From assembly GCA_963693365.1 (NCBI GenBank), contig CAVNZM010000005.1, positions 3,306,202 to 3,370,201 on the forward strand: DNA of 64,000 bases, written 5' to 3'. A program made the position numbers and the translations under genes. This DNA is from Amoebidium appalachense. Taxonomy: Eukaryota > Protista > Ichthyosporea. The notes below the pieces were generated by a model, which was given only the letters and a program-made list of their open reading frames with translations, did no database searches and was not told the DNA's origin. Below are positions 41,350 through 53,165 of the stretch, one piece after another; positions within the stretch are counted from its first letter, which is position 1; each line of letters begins with the position of its first letter.

Positions 41350-41866
41350 GGGGGGGGGGGGGGGGGGAAGAGAGAGGGGAGGAGAGAGAGAGACCAAACA
41401 CACACAGAAAATTTCATGCCACCAAATGCGCAAATACACACTCGGAGGTGACTTATGAATTTTTGTCATGTGCTAGTTCGTGCTTGTATTTTGATGTGTG
41501 GGTTATGTACCTGTTTACCTTACGGCATGCCTTGTTTGCATACCTAACTGTGTGGGGATTCGAACTCTAGCTGTAATTTGGGTTTAAAATGTTGCTCAAA
41601 ATGGGACTTGGTGAGTGCCAGGTTGTGGGGTGAAGCTACAAAGGAGGTGTGCATGGGGGAAGATGTGTTGGTCTGTTTGGTTGTGGGAGAAGGGGGGGGG
41701 GGGGACCTTACACACTCTTTTAGGGGGTTGGAGGATCTCATGTTCCTTGGGGGGAAGGGGGGGGGGGGTATTCTTTTTAGGGGTAGGGGGATCTTATATT
41801 CCTTTTAAAAGGAAGATCTTATATCCCTTTAAGGGGGGGGGGGGGGGGGAGAATCTTATATTCCTT

Positions 41867-41897
<31 letters not shown>

Positions 41898-42242
41898 GGA
41901 TCTTATGTTCCTTTTGGGGAGGGTGGGGGGGAATCTTTTATTTTTTGGGAGGGATCTCGTATTCCTTTCGCGGGGGGGGGGGGGGTTGGTTAAAGTCCTT
42001 GACCATATATGGCAATGCAGTGACCCAATCAACTCGCTGTGTTTGCTTGACGAGACACTGCTTGCATCCGGCGATGACGAAGGCTGTGTGAAGGTGCCAA
42101 GCCATTTCTCTCCCTCCCTCCCTCCCCCCCCCCCTCCCCCCCCCCCCCCCCCCCCCCTCCCTCCCTCCCTTTATCCCTACTTCGCTCTCTTCCTTGCTCG
42201 CTCCCTCCCTTCCCCCCTCCCTTCTTCCATCCATCCCTCCCC

Positions 42243-42301
<59 letters not shown>

Positions 42302-44455
42302 CCACCCGCCCACCCACCGACCCCCTTCCTTTCTTCCCTCTTTCTTTCCACCAAAAATCCCGGTTTGTTTCCGCCATCTTTGCTCATTGACACCACCACC
42401 CACCTATCACTCAACTACCCCTGTTCTTGCCCCCTTCATGCCCTCACATCGAAAGTTCGGATCCACAAACGTCATGGAGTTCGTCGCCCAACGTGGGCCA
42501 AAAATGTGTTTTTTTTGTTTGTTTTTTTTGCTTTTTTTTTCCCCGTTTGTTCGTTCGTTCGTTCGTTTGCTTAATCTGAACACCCTTTTTGTATTGCCCA
42601 TACCTTATGTCATCTTATGTTTCCCAAATACTTTTTGTGTGATTTTGTGTGATTTTGAGCCAATGAACACTCGTCACTAATTATCACGCACGCACGTTGC
42701 ACCCCCGTCTGGGAACGTTGTATACCTCCGATATTTACATCTATGATACCCATTAAAAAAAAAAAACTCCATTTGACCCTTCTTGGTGTATATGCAGGTG
42801 TGGGATCTTCGATCGCAGCAAATGGTGATGGAGGTAGAGGAATGTGAGGATTTCATCTCCGACATGGTGTTTAGGGCAGACAAGAAGATCCTGCTGACCA
42901 CAAGGTACCGTGATTTCAAATATATAAATTCAATGTGTGCATGAACATTGGTACACTCGGAATTCACTGTGTGCGTGAGATACTGTGTTTATATAACAAT
43001 GGTGTGTTGTGTGCAGCCGCATAGGCCCACTGCTTGCATGTGTGCATGTGCATAGACACAGTGTTTTGTGTGCACATGCAGCACTCTGGTCCTAAACAGT
43101 TGCACGATAATTGAGAGGTGTTAAGGTACCATGCTTGATCCACATGCCCTCCTGGAGATGGTCTGTTGGAGTCCCAGGGATGAACGCCTTGGTATGTGTG
43201 CTTTTGTGTGTGTGGTTGGTGGGTTATTTCTTTATTTATTTATTTACTTACTTACTTATTTATTATTCATTCAAAGTTTGAGGGGGAGGGGAGGGGGAAT
43301 GGATGGTAGCAGGACTAGGTAGATGCATGTGTACAGGTGTAAGGGTGGCATATGTGGGTGCTTGCTTGTGACCGGTGGGGAGAGGGTGGGCTGTGAGCCA
43401 AAGCAAGATGATAGATGCACAAGAAGGAGCACACAGCATTGCTCTTTTTACCCTCACGGTGGAGATAGTGCCATGTCGAACACACACTAACACGTGTTTG
43501 TTCTGTTTGTTTGGTGCACGCAGTGGGGACGGCACACTGTGTGCATTCAACATGAGAAAGAGGGAACTGATCAAACGGTCGGATTTCATGGACGAGGAAC
43601 TTCTGTCTCTGGCCATTATGAAGGTGGATGGGTGGGTGGGTGGGTGGGTGGGTGGTGTGGGTGGTGTGTGTGTGTGGGGGGGGGGGGGGGGGGGGGGGGG
43701 GGGGAGGGCGTGGGTGCGGGTGCGGGTGCGGGTGCGTGTGTTTGTGCGGGTGCGGGTGTGTTTGTGTGTGTGTTGTGTGTGTGTTTTTTTTTTAATTTGG
43801 GGGGGGGGGGGGGGGGGAGGATGCGTGGGGGTGTGGGTGCAGTAGGGGGTGGGGGTGGGAGGGGGGGGGGAGGAGTGGGCGGGTGTAGGCATGGGTGGGG
43901 GTGGGCGTGGGTGTGGGTGTGTGTGTGAGTGTGCGCGCGAGTGTGCCTGTGCCTGTGCCTGTGCCTATGCCTGTGCGTGTACGTGTACGTGTGTATGTGG
44001 GTGGTTGTGGTTGTGCTGTCATGTGTGCACAAGCGTGCCTTGTGCATTTGAGATATGCGTAGGGGCGTTTGGGGTAGGAGGGGGTCATGAAGAAGGGCAT
44101 GGGTGTGCTTGGGGGCAGAGGCGGGGAGGGGGGGACGGCGGGGGGTGGGGAGAGGGTATGTGTCTTTTTGTGTGTGTTCGTGTGTGTGTGTGTGTGGGTG
44201 TGGGTCGATGAAGACATGTGGCTGTTGGGGGTGTCTGTGTGTGCGTCTGTGTGCACTGGAAGAAGGGTATTTGTGGTGGCTGGGGGGTGGGGAGTGGGTT
44301 GGGGAAAGGGCAGGGAATGGAAATGATATGCTCATTCATTCACGGATCTATGAGCATGAGTGTTTTACTTCCAATTTTTTTCTCCTAACCTCTTTTTTTT
44401 GGGGGCGGGGGGGAAGGGGGCTGGGGGGTGGGGGGAGGGAAGGGGGAGGGATGAA

Positions 44456-44526
<71 letters not shown>

Positions 44527-45575
44527 GCGGGCGCGCGCGCGCGCGTGTGTGTGTGCATGCGTGTGTGCATGTGTGTGTGCGTTCATGTGATTGTGTTTGT
44601 GTTTGTGTGTGTGTGTGTGCAGTTTTTTATTTTTGTTTATTGTCTTTGTTGTTGTTGCTGCTGCTGTTTGGGGGGAGGGGTGCATCTGTGCACGTGGGCT
44701 GCCAACAAGAGATCAATTGACATGATGGGGATAGAGGGGCCGAACGAAATAATGGATGTCTTGATGATGTGCACTAACCTGAAAATTCAAAAAACAGGGG
44801 GGCAACAAGGTGGTTTGTGGCACGCAGGAGGGGGTTTTAGACATATTTTCATGGGGGCAGTGGGGAGATCTCAGCGATCGCTTTGTGGGCCATCCTCTGT
44901 CGGTGGACTCAGTGGTGGCCCTGAATGATGAGTTGCTGTGCACGGGGTCATCCGATGGCCTTATCAGGTAAGAAATGGCATGGTGTGATTGGTTGTTGCA
45001 CATGGAGATATTCACACCATGCTTGGTGACTTTCATTTTCAGCGGCACTCCAGGCGTAATGGACCCCTGACCAGGTTTTGGAGGGGGAGGGGGGGAGTTG
45101 GCCAAGAAAAGCCGGAAGGGGGTGGGCGGGGAGGGGGAAGGGGGGGGGGGGGGGGGGGGAGGGGGGGAGGGGGGGGGGGGTTGGCCAAGAAAGGGGCGGG
45201 GAGGGGGGGGGGGGGGGGGGATTCTTGTAATTGCCTTAATGTAGCATTAGTCGAGCGGATTATAACCTAGATTTCTCTTACAGAGTTGTGCAAATCCACC
45301 CAAACAAGCTGCTTGGTGTGGTTGGCGAGCATCAAGACTTCCCCATTGAACGCATACGACTATCACACGACAAACACTATTTGGGTTCATGTTCGCATGA
45401 CAAAACGGTGAAATTCTGGGATGTTTCCTCGTTAGTATCTGAGAAGGCAGATGGGGAGGATGATGAAATGGAGGATGTGGACAGTGACGAGGAACAAGGA
45501 ATGCAGGTGGATGCGAGGGCAGAGGGCAAGAAGGACTGGAACAAAAAGGAGGACAATTTCTTTGCAGACCTTTAA
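38926..45575 (+). CDS. WDR55: WD40-repeat protein WDR55/JIP5-like (ribosome biogenesis); first exon unresolved
   Basis: Eight phase-consistent GT-AG exons: 38926-39038, 40234-40328, 40931-41018, 42021-42093, 42798-42904, 43524-43623, 44798-44967, 45284-45575 (1038 nt). Motifs HQKACRALEFSHDG, LFTASKDKS, LASGDDEGCVKVWDLR, SGDGTL, GDLSDRFVGHP, TGSSDGLIR, HPNKLLGVVGEH, GSCSHD, and acidic tail ending NFFADL*. Confidence 0.92.
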
Positions 45576-45855
45576 AATTTTGAAGTGTTTTAAAAGCTTA
45601 GAGGTTTAAATTTGAAATACATGGTTGTTTATGGGCATAATCTGTAGCTTTTTATTGGATGCGTCGAAAGGGCAACAGAAGCCGAAAATGTTGTGGGCAA
45701 AACCTGAAAGTTACTTTTACTAAGAGTGTGGATCGTTAGAACTCAATGGTGGACCCCCTGGTGGTATTTGATGCAGGTGGGAGGTTTTTCTTTTTTTTTG
45801 TTTTTTGTTTTTTGTTTTTTGTTTTTTGTTTTCTGTTTTTTGTTTTTTGTTTGGG

Positions 45856-45890
<35 letters not shown>

Positions 45891-46250
45891 GGCGTCCAAG
45901 CTTAGGACCGTGATACACCGCATATAAATTGCTTAGATTACTTAAAAGGGATGGATAGGGTACAAGATGAGTCGCATGCCTTGTTTTTTTCTCTATCGAT
46001 ATCACATATATACGATACGTTTTTGTGCCCTAGATTGCTGGCCATCTGGGGTTAATGTTAGCATGGCACAACCTTGCGTACTCTGCATATTAACCTATGT
46101 GTATAGATTATGACTTAAAGGAACACCGTGTACATATATTATCCATGGATGTGGCAGGAGGCAACACTCTGATTAATGATTGAGCAACAACTGTGCACAC
46201 ACACAAATTTTCCTGAGTGATTTGGTTATATATTCCCCACTGTTACCCGG

Positions 46251-46284
<34 letters not shown>

Positions 46285-46285
46285 A

Positions 46286-46464
46286 CTATCATATATTTCC
46301 TGCTCATTAGTCCGAAGCTTACCGTATGATATATATGCATCGATGATAATATATGAAAAGACCCCCCCCCCCCCCCCCCCCCCCCCCTACTATCATAAAT
46401 TTCCTGCTCATTAGTCCGAAGCTTACCGTATGATATATATGCATCGATGATAATATATGAAAAG
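46286..46464. repeat. ~75-bp tandem duplication separated by poly-C
   Basis: CTATCATA(T/A)ATTTCCTGCTCATTAGTCCGAAGCTTACCGTATGATATATATGCATCGATGATAATATATGAAAAG twice. Confidence 0.9.
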
Positions 46465-46661
46465 GTCGAATCATCCCTTTTTCGGATCCGGCATCCTTGT
46501 CTCCCCCCCCCCACCCCCCCCCTTTCCCCCCTTGAGCTCCCCGATCGCGATGCCCTTCCCTTCGTCCTACACGTCCTATGTACATGTTTATAGCTTGAGT
46601 AAGAAGTACACATTCATGAAGGATTGACATAATGCAGAATGCAAACCGCAGATAAAAGTGT

Positions 46662-46700
<39 letters not shown>

Positions 46701-46718
46701 TTTTTAATTTTTTTTTCT

Positions 46719-46763
<45 letters not shown>

Positions 46764-47340
46764 TTGATTGGAATATTCCGAAACACGGTAAGAAGCACAA
46801 CGTGATAAGAAACACGGCACACGACACATTCAAAGGCAAACTTTCAGGTATGGAACATCAGCAACACGTGCAGCATAGGGGTAGCGTGTGCGTGTGTATG
46901 GAGAGGGGGGGAAGGGGGAGGGGGGGGGGGGGGGGGGGGGCTTATAACCCACATCACAATCAACTGTGCACTCAAGCGAACCAGCGCCAGTTACTCTTAT
47001 TTCTGCACACCTGTTTTTTCGACAAAATAGGTTCACGGGTGACGGAGGGAGAGATACAACAGCAAAATACGGTAAGATTGATGATAGCATACACCACTCC
47101 CGATTGGTTTCTGTTCATGTTTGTGCACTCAGAACATATTTGCATTAACCTTGCGTAGTGAAACATCAGTGCAAACGTGCTAATTATAAGCTAACGTAAC
47201 ACCTGGGATCTAGATCACAAAGGTACGAGAAAAACTTTCGTGCATAGGAGCGCTGAATACAGGTGGTTTCTATACTGATAAATACTAAAGAAGGTACTAA
47301 AAGTTCAGGCTGTATTGGCAAGGTGTGTAAGCGTACGTAT

Positions 47341-47427
<87 letters not shown>

Positions 47428-47871
47428 GTGTCTAATCTTTGGGGAACTACACATACGAACGTTTGGTGCTGTTCTACCCAATTCCTAATCCTCCCCCAAA
47501 TCCCCCACCCCCCTTGCCTGTCTCTCCCTGTCCATTTATCGACGGTATTCAAGGCAAGATATGGAAATGGAGATTTAGACTGGGTTGCGGAGCAAGGAGG
47601 GACTGGTGAGAGACGGGGAGAAGGGGGAGGAGGGGCGGAGGGGAGGGGGGGGGGATAGAGAGGGGGAGAAAGAGAGTGGAAGGGAAGGGGGGACAGGGGA
47701 GGGGGGCAGGAAAACGTTGGGAAGGGGGGGGGGGGGTGGGGTGGGGGGGAGACAGAAGAGATAGAGGGAGACGGGAACAAGGAGGGCGGGGGAGAAGAGC
47801 GTAAAGATGGCGGCACCAAGGGGCTGAAGCAGGAAAAAAATTTATGCGAAAACCGCGAAGCCTCCGCACAC

Positions 47872-48792
47872 CTACTGTTGCTTCTGCTTCTGGTTCCTCC
47901 GTGCCCTGTCCCTCAGCGACACTGCAGCCACCCCCAACGTGGCCAGTCCCAATGTTCCGGCCATCACCACTACCGCTGCATGCCGGTGCCAGTAAAGGGC
48001 TGCAAGGTGGACTAAATACTGCACCTGCGTGCTAATTTTCAACTTGGACTCGCCGTGTGTGCGGTGGACAAACGTAAACGGGACCTCCAACACACGGTGT
48101 GGCGCACACTTCACCATCAGCTCGAGTGCAATCTTAAACCCCCGTGGGTTCAAATTCTCGGCCGTCTTGAACAAAGATTTCCTAATCGAGAAGAACCCAC
48201 TCATGGGATCATTCACAGGAACGAGGGGTTTGGCAAGTAGAGTTGCCCCGTGGCTAATGATTTGTCGGATAAGTGCCCAGTCTTTGGTTCCACCCCCGGG
48301 AATGTACCGTGATCCGAGCGTGAAATGTGCCGAGTGGTTGAATAAAGGATCTACCAATGAAGGGATGTATTCTGGCGGGTGCTGCAGATCGGCGTCCATG
48401 ACTAACAGAACCTCGTTTTTGGCGGCTTCAAACCCGGCCAATACTGCAGTGCTAAGGCCCTTCTCCTTTTCCCGCACCAGTATCTTCACGGGGTATCCCT
48501 CCTTTTGTAGGTTCTCTACCTCTTCCAAAGAACCATCTTTGGAATTGTCATCTACTATAATCAACTCTGCATCTATCCCTGCTTTTCTAACAGCAGCAAA
48601 GACTTGTTCTGTAAGTGGTCTAATGTTTGGTTGCTCCTTGTATGCTGGAACAACAATAGAAAGCTGTTTCTGGGTGTTTGCTTCTTCCTCCAGATGAAAA
48701 GGCATGGGCTTTTCTCGGTATAAATAGGCGAAAATATAAACGGCGAAAGCAATGTAGGCTAGTGCCAGTGACCGCCATAACCCTCCTGCCAT
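47872..48792 (-). CDS. DPM1: Dolichol-phosphate mannosyltransferase (GT2), single-subunit type with TM anchor; intronless
   Basis: SIVVPAYKE, IIVDDNSKDGS, GLSTAVLAGF, VMDADLQHPPE, LGSRY, DPMSGFF, GFKIALEL, EVPFTF..R..GESKL. Hydrophobic N- and C-terminal segments. Confidence 0.92.
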   Translation of the reverse strand: MAGGLWRSLALAYIAFAVYIFAYLYREKPMPFHLEEEANTQKQLSIVVPAYKEQPNIRPLTEQVFAAVRKAGIDAELIIVDDNSKDGSLEEVENLQKEGYPVKILVREKEKGLSTAVLAGFEAAKNEVLLVMDADLQHPPEYIPSLVDPLFNHSAHFTLGSRYIPGGGTKDWALIRQIISHGATLLAKPLVPVNDPMSGFFSIRKSLFKTAENLNPRGFKIALELMVKCAPHRVLEVPFTFVHRTHGESKLKISTQVQYLVHLAALYWHRHAAVVVMAGTLGLATLGVAAVSLRDRARRNQKQKQQ

Positions 48793-49399
48793 CCTGAATC
48801 ACTGATGAGAGAGAACTCCCTTTATGTGTTCTATCAGACTAGCTGTCAGTTCAGTTAGGCAACCGGAGTTCTGCCAAACAAAACGGAGAAATTTTGCAGC
48901 AGTTCGAAGGGTAAAAAAAAATCCTAAGCGTTTCTAACAGCGCTATAACATTCATATATTTCTATACCCCTGTGTGAGCTCCCTTGACCAAACTGCCCTT
49001 TGAATCACATTAGGCCTAGGTGACTTGGGAGAGAAAGAGGCTCTGTGGTCTGTCTGTCAAGTCATGAGGCAGCATCAAGACTCACAGCAGCAAGATCTAC
49101 AAGACTCACAGCAGCAATTTGTAGATAACCACACAGCCAATCACAATGCAGATAAATAAAGATTCACGGAATCGATTGGTCAGAATACTTTTACGGTATT
49201 TTCCTGGCGTCGGTGGGTCTCTGTCTGGGTGGTCGGCCAATTGCAAGGGAATTTGGGTTGACAAGAACGTCTGCGGCCAAAGACTCACAGCTTGCTTCAT
49301 TCTGATTGGTTGTCACACCACGGGGTTTCCCGATTGTTCTTCGAATGACATTTGCTATCACCATCAGACAGTTCTCCAATATTAGAACAGAAAACGGTC

Positions 49400-49925
49400 T
49401 CTACCCAGATGGCCAGATGGCCAGGTCAAATTCAGTGTGTGGAAAAAGGTGGATAAAACGGGATAAAACGGTGAGCAAAATGATCTGGCCATCTGGCCAT
49501 GTGGCCATGGAATCTCTATATCTAAAAATAGCTGCCACTGCGCCGGGGCGTGGTTCCGGGAGGCAGGGGAGGCAGGGGGGGCACACGTGCAGGGGAGGCA
49601 GGGGGGGGCACACGTGCAGGGGAGGCAGGGGGGACACTCACTGCCACCACTGGGGGCCGTGGTTCCGGCAGCAGGGGGGGCAGGGGGGCAGGGGAGGCAC
49701 ACGTGCACAGGAGGCTGGGGAGAGTGGGGGAACCATGGTTGTGTGATACTCTATCCCCCATGTATGGCTGAGTTAAGACCATTTGTTCATGTAGCACGAT
49801 CTTCTAGCATGCACGTGTTGGAATGCCACCACTGGGGGGCCTGGTTCCGGCAGGCAGGGGGGCAGGGGGGCAGGGGGGCAGGGGGGACTGGGGGGCAGGG
49901 GGGCTGGGGGGCTGGGGGGACTGGC
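49400..49925. repeat. Short inverted (CAGATGGC/GCCATCTG) and G-rich direct repeats
   Basis: CAGATGGCCAGATGGCC at ~49406 vs TCTGGCCATCTGGCCAT at ~49484. Repeated GGCACACGTGCAGGGGAGGCAGGGGG and TGCCACCACTGGGGG..TGGTTCCGG. Confidence 0.75.
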
Positions 49926-49983
49926 ATGCCACTCACGGGGAGGATAGTGTATGTTGGCACGTGGGGGTGTGTGGGTGGTTTTT

Positions 49984-50562
49984 TTATTTGGGCTTGTGCT
50001 TATGGCAATGGGTCGTAGATTTCACCCTGTTTTTGCAGGGATTGCCAGCCTTGGTTTTGCCCTGGCAGTACCCATTTTCCCTGCCCACACCCACCGCTGC
50101 AGCTGCAACCGGTGGCTGTGGTGCACCCATGGGTGGATCCGGAGTGGACACAGTCAGCGCGGGTACCCCGGTGCGCTCGGTGCGAGGGCGCTGCATTTCT
50201 GCGACTGTAAAGGCGGCCAGGAGGTCGTCCAGCAGGAGGTTTGCATGAGCATAGTCCCCGGCCTTGTGGGGGTGGAGGATGTTGATGGTGTTGTCGCTGT
50301 AGAGGAGGACACCGGTGGCAGGGGCAAAGCATACCCAGGGCTTGAAGCCGTCCTTGTGGTGTGGGCATGTTTTCTTTTTGTTTTTGCACTGGGCTTTTTT
50401 TGAGGGTGCAAATGCAGGGCATCGTTCGGGGTCAACCGAATCGGGGCGCAAAAGTGCGTCTCCCATTTCTAGTGTTTTGTTTTGGTGTGCACTGTTCTTG
50501 GATTGGGGTGAAGCGAGACAAAAAGTAAAAGCGAGTACTTTTTGTTGACTGGTTGATGGCAT
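49984..50562 (-). CDS. Intronless protein with two C-x(9-10)-C-x(6-8)-C-x2-H zinc-finger-like motifs
   Basis: RCPAFAPSKKAQCKNKKKTCPHH and YCQGKTKAGNPCKNRVKSTTHCHKH. ATG at 50562, or at 50466. Confidence 0.7.
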   Translation of the reverse strand: MPSTSQQKVLAFTFCLASPQSKNSAHQNKTLEMGDALLRPDSVDPERCPAFAPSKKAQCKNKKKTCPHHKDGFKPWVCFAPATGVLLYSDNTINILHPHKAGDYAHANLLLDDLLAAFTVAEMQRPRTERTGVPALTVSTPDPPMGAPQPPVAAAAVGVGRENGYCQGKTKAGNPCKNRVKSTTHCHKHKPK

Positions 50563-50770
50563 ATCAATCAATCTCTTGGTGCCAAACCACTGACCAATCA
50601 CATGGGTGTATTCACGAATTCCAATCTAAATTCGGCATCTGGAGAGAGGGGTACTGGTAAAACACAAGAGCAACACGGCATCAAGAGTTTGTACCACAGG
50701 CAAGATCTCAGAGAGGTCACTTTTGGGGTGTAACACGTCGGATACTGAAAGTTTTGTGAGGTACACGTAC

Positions 50771-51043
50771 ATGTTCGACAGCACGGTCACCACAGGCATT
50801 CTTTATGTGATATCTATATGCAGTGTCGTTGCAAATATACACTGGTACAATTTAATGAAGTCCGAACCGAATGCTAGAGAGAAAGTGAACAAAATGTATC
50901 TGGTGTACGTCAGCGCTGCTATTGTCCTCACATGTTTATTGGTTACACCATTGGTGTATGCAGTCATATACTATTTCAATAAGAAGACGGGTGCTGCGGA
51001 GTACGACACCACTCTGAGACAAACAAGTCACTCGGACTTTTAA
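50771..51043 (+). CDS. Small intronless two-TM protein (90 aa)
   Basis: MFDSTVTTGILYVISICSVVANIHWY…MYLVYVSAAIVLTCLLVTPLVYAVIYYF…; non-repetitive and divergent from the Zn-finger ORF. Confidence 0.55.
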   Translation: MFDSTVTTGILYVISICSVVANIHWYNLMKSEPNAREKVNKMYLVYVSAAIVLTCLLVTPLVYAVIYYFNKKTGAAEYDTTLRQTSHSDF

Positions 51044-51059
51044 TTCAATTAACACACCG

Positions 51060-51320
51060 CGCTACAAAAGTGGAGTACACGACAATCACAGCGCCAGCGC
51101 TGATACAAAAGTGGAGTACACGACAATCACAGCGCCAGCGCTGATACAAAAGTGGAGTACACGCCAGCGCTGATACAAAAGTGGAGTACCGCCAGCGCTG
51201 ATACAAAAGTGGAGTACACGACAATCACAGCGCCAGCGCTGATACAAAAGTGGAGTACACGACAATCACAGCGCCAGCGCTGATACAAAAGTGGAGTACA
51301 CGCCAGCGCTGATACAAAAA
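51060..51320. repeat. 41-bp tandem repeat with deletion variants
   Basis: TACAAAAGTGGAGTACACGACAATCACAGCGCCAGCGCTGA, about 7 units. Confidence 0.95.
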
Positions 51321-51454
51321 GCAATAAACATGGTACTCCACACCACACGTGCACCGACCCGAAAACACGAAAATAAACACACAACGACAGCGCTGCACGG
51401 CCGATACAGTTACTTTGCATACCATTGGCCCGGGCTGGGATGAACGAGTAACAC

Positions 51455-52264
51455 TGCTAGTGCATGCAGGGAATACAGAGCAGGAAGAGAGAAATGGTGC
51501 TAGTGCATGTGGGTGGTGGGGGACTCTTTGAATGCATGCATGGCATGGGGATTGAAGGACTTAGACGTGCATGCATGAAGGGGGGAGGGGAGGGGGGGGG
51601 GTGGGGGGGGGATATAGAGCAGGAAGAGAGAAATGGTGCTAGTGCATGTGGGTGGTGGGGGACTCTTTGAATGCATGCATGGCATGGGGATTGAAGGACT
51701 TAGACGTGCATGCATGAAGGGGGGAGGGGAGGGGGGGGGATATAGAGCAGGAAGAGAGAAATGGTGCTAGTGCATGTGGGTGGTGGGGGACTCTTTGAAT
51801 GCATGCATGGCATGGGGATTGAAGGACTTAGACGTGCATGCATGAAGGGGGGAGGGGGAGGGGGGGGGATATAGAGCAGGAAGAGAGAAATGGTGCTAGT
51901 GCATGTGGGTGGTGGGGGACTCTTTGAATGTGTGCATGGCATGGGGATTGAAGGACTTAGACGTGCATGCATGAAGGGGGGAGGGGAGGAGGGGGGTGGG
52001 GGGGGGGATATAGAGCAGGAAGAGAGAAATGGTGCTAGTGCATGTGGGTGGTGGGGGACTCTTTGAGTGTGTGCATGGCATGGGGATTGAAGGACTTAGA
52101 CGTGCATGCATGAAGGGGGAAGGGGAGGGGGGGGGGTGGGGGGGGGGGATATAGAGCAGGAAGAGAGAAATGGTGCTAGTGCATGTGGGTGGTGGGGGAC
52201 TCTTTGAGTGTGTGCATGGCATGGGGATTGAAGGACTTAGACGTGCATGCATGAAGGGGGGAGG

Positions 52265-52295
<31 letters not shown>

Positions 52296-52640
52296 ATATA
52301 GAGCAGGAAGAGAGAAATGGTGCTAGTGCATGTGGGTGGTGGGGGACTCTTTGAGTGTGTGCATGGCATGGGATTGAAGGACTTAGACGTGCATGCATGA
52401 AGGGGGAAGGGGGAGGGGGGGGGGGGGGTGGGGGGGGATATAGAGCAGGAAGAGAGAAATGGTGCTAGTGCATGTGGGTGGTGGGGGACTCTTTGAGTGT
52501 GTGCATGGCATGGGGATTGAAGGACTTAGACGTGCATGCATGAAGGGGGGAGGGGGGATACAGAGCAGGAAGAGAGAAATAGTGCTAGTGCATGTGGGTG
52601 GTGGGACTCTTTGAGTGTGTGAAGGACTTAGACGTGCATC
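51455..52640. repeat. ~120-147-bp tandem repeat x9 with variable poly-G
   Basis: AGAGCAGGAAGAGAGAAATGGTGCTAGTGCATGTGGGTGGTGGGGGACTCTTTGA…GAAGGACTTAGACGTGCATGCATGAAGGGGG. Confidence 0.97.
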
Positions 52641-52769
52641 ACGTCTGTGTATACAAGCATGTGGGGTAAGCACAGATTCAGATAACACTGGATTTCTTTT
52701 TATAAAATCCATCTCCAACCGATTGTAAAAAGAAATCCCAAAACTTCTACCTATACATTATACAGAAAC

Positions 52770-52955
52770 CGTAGGCTCTGCCATGTAACATAGTCGAAGC
52801 CCCCCCCCCCCCAAAAAAAAACAAAAAAAAACAAAAACAAAAACCAAAAAAAAAAACAATGCTTTCAAGTCTATATTTTTCCAGATTTCACACGGCATCA
52901 CTCCCACGTCCTAGGCTCTGCCATGTAACATAGTCGAAGCCCCCCCCCCCCCCCC

Positions 52956-52990
<35 letters not shown>

Positions 52991-53162
52991 AATGCTTTCC
53001 GTGTTTCATAGCCAAGTCTATATTTTTCCACATTTCACACGGCATCACTCCAACGTCTTAGGCTCTGCCATGTAACATAGTCGAAGCCCCCCCCCCCCCC
53101 CCCTCCCCCCCCCACAAAAAAAAACAAAAAAAAAAACAAAACAAAAAAAACACACACAAAGT
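52770..53162. repeat. ~140-bp tandem repeat x3 containing C(n)A(n) tracts
   Basis: TAGGCTCTGCCATGTAACATAGTCGAAGC(C)n(A)n at about 52772, 52912 and 53059. Confidence 0.93.
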
Positions 53163-53165
53163 CTT

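Noticed and set aside
48029-48697. 222-aa plus-strand ORF
   Set aside because: Antisense shadow of DPM1.
51455-52640. Possible CRISPR array or repeat-protein ORFs (MHARLSPSIPMPC…)
   Set aside because: The units are near-identical apart from poly-G length, which breaks the frame; it is an ordinary tandem repeat.
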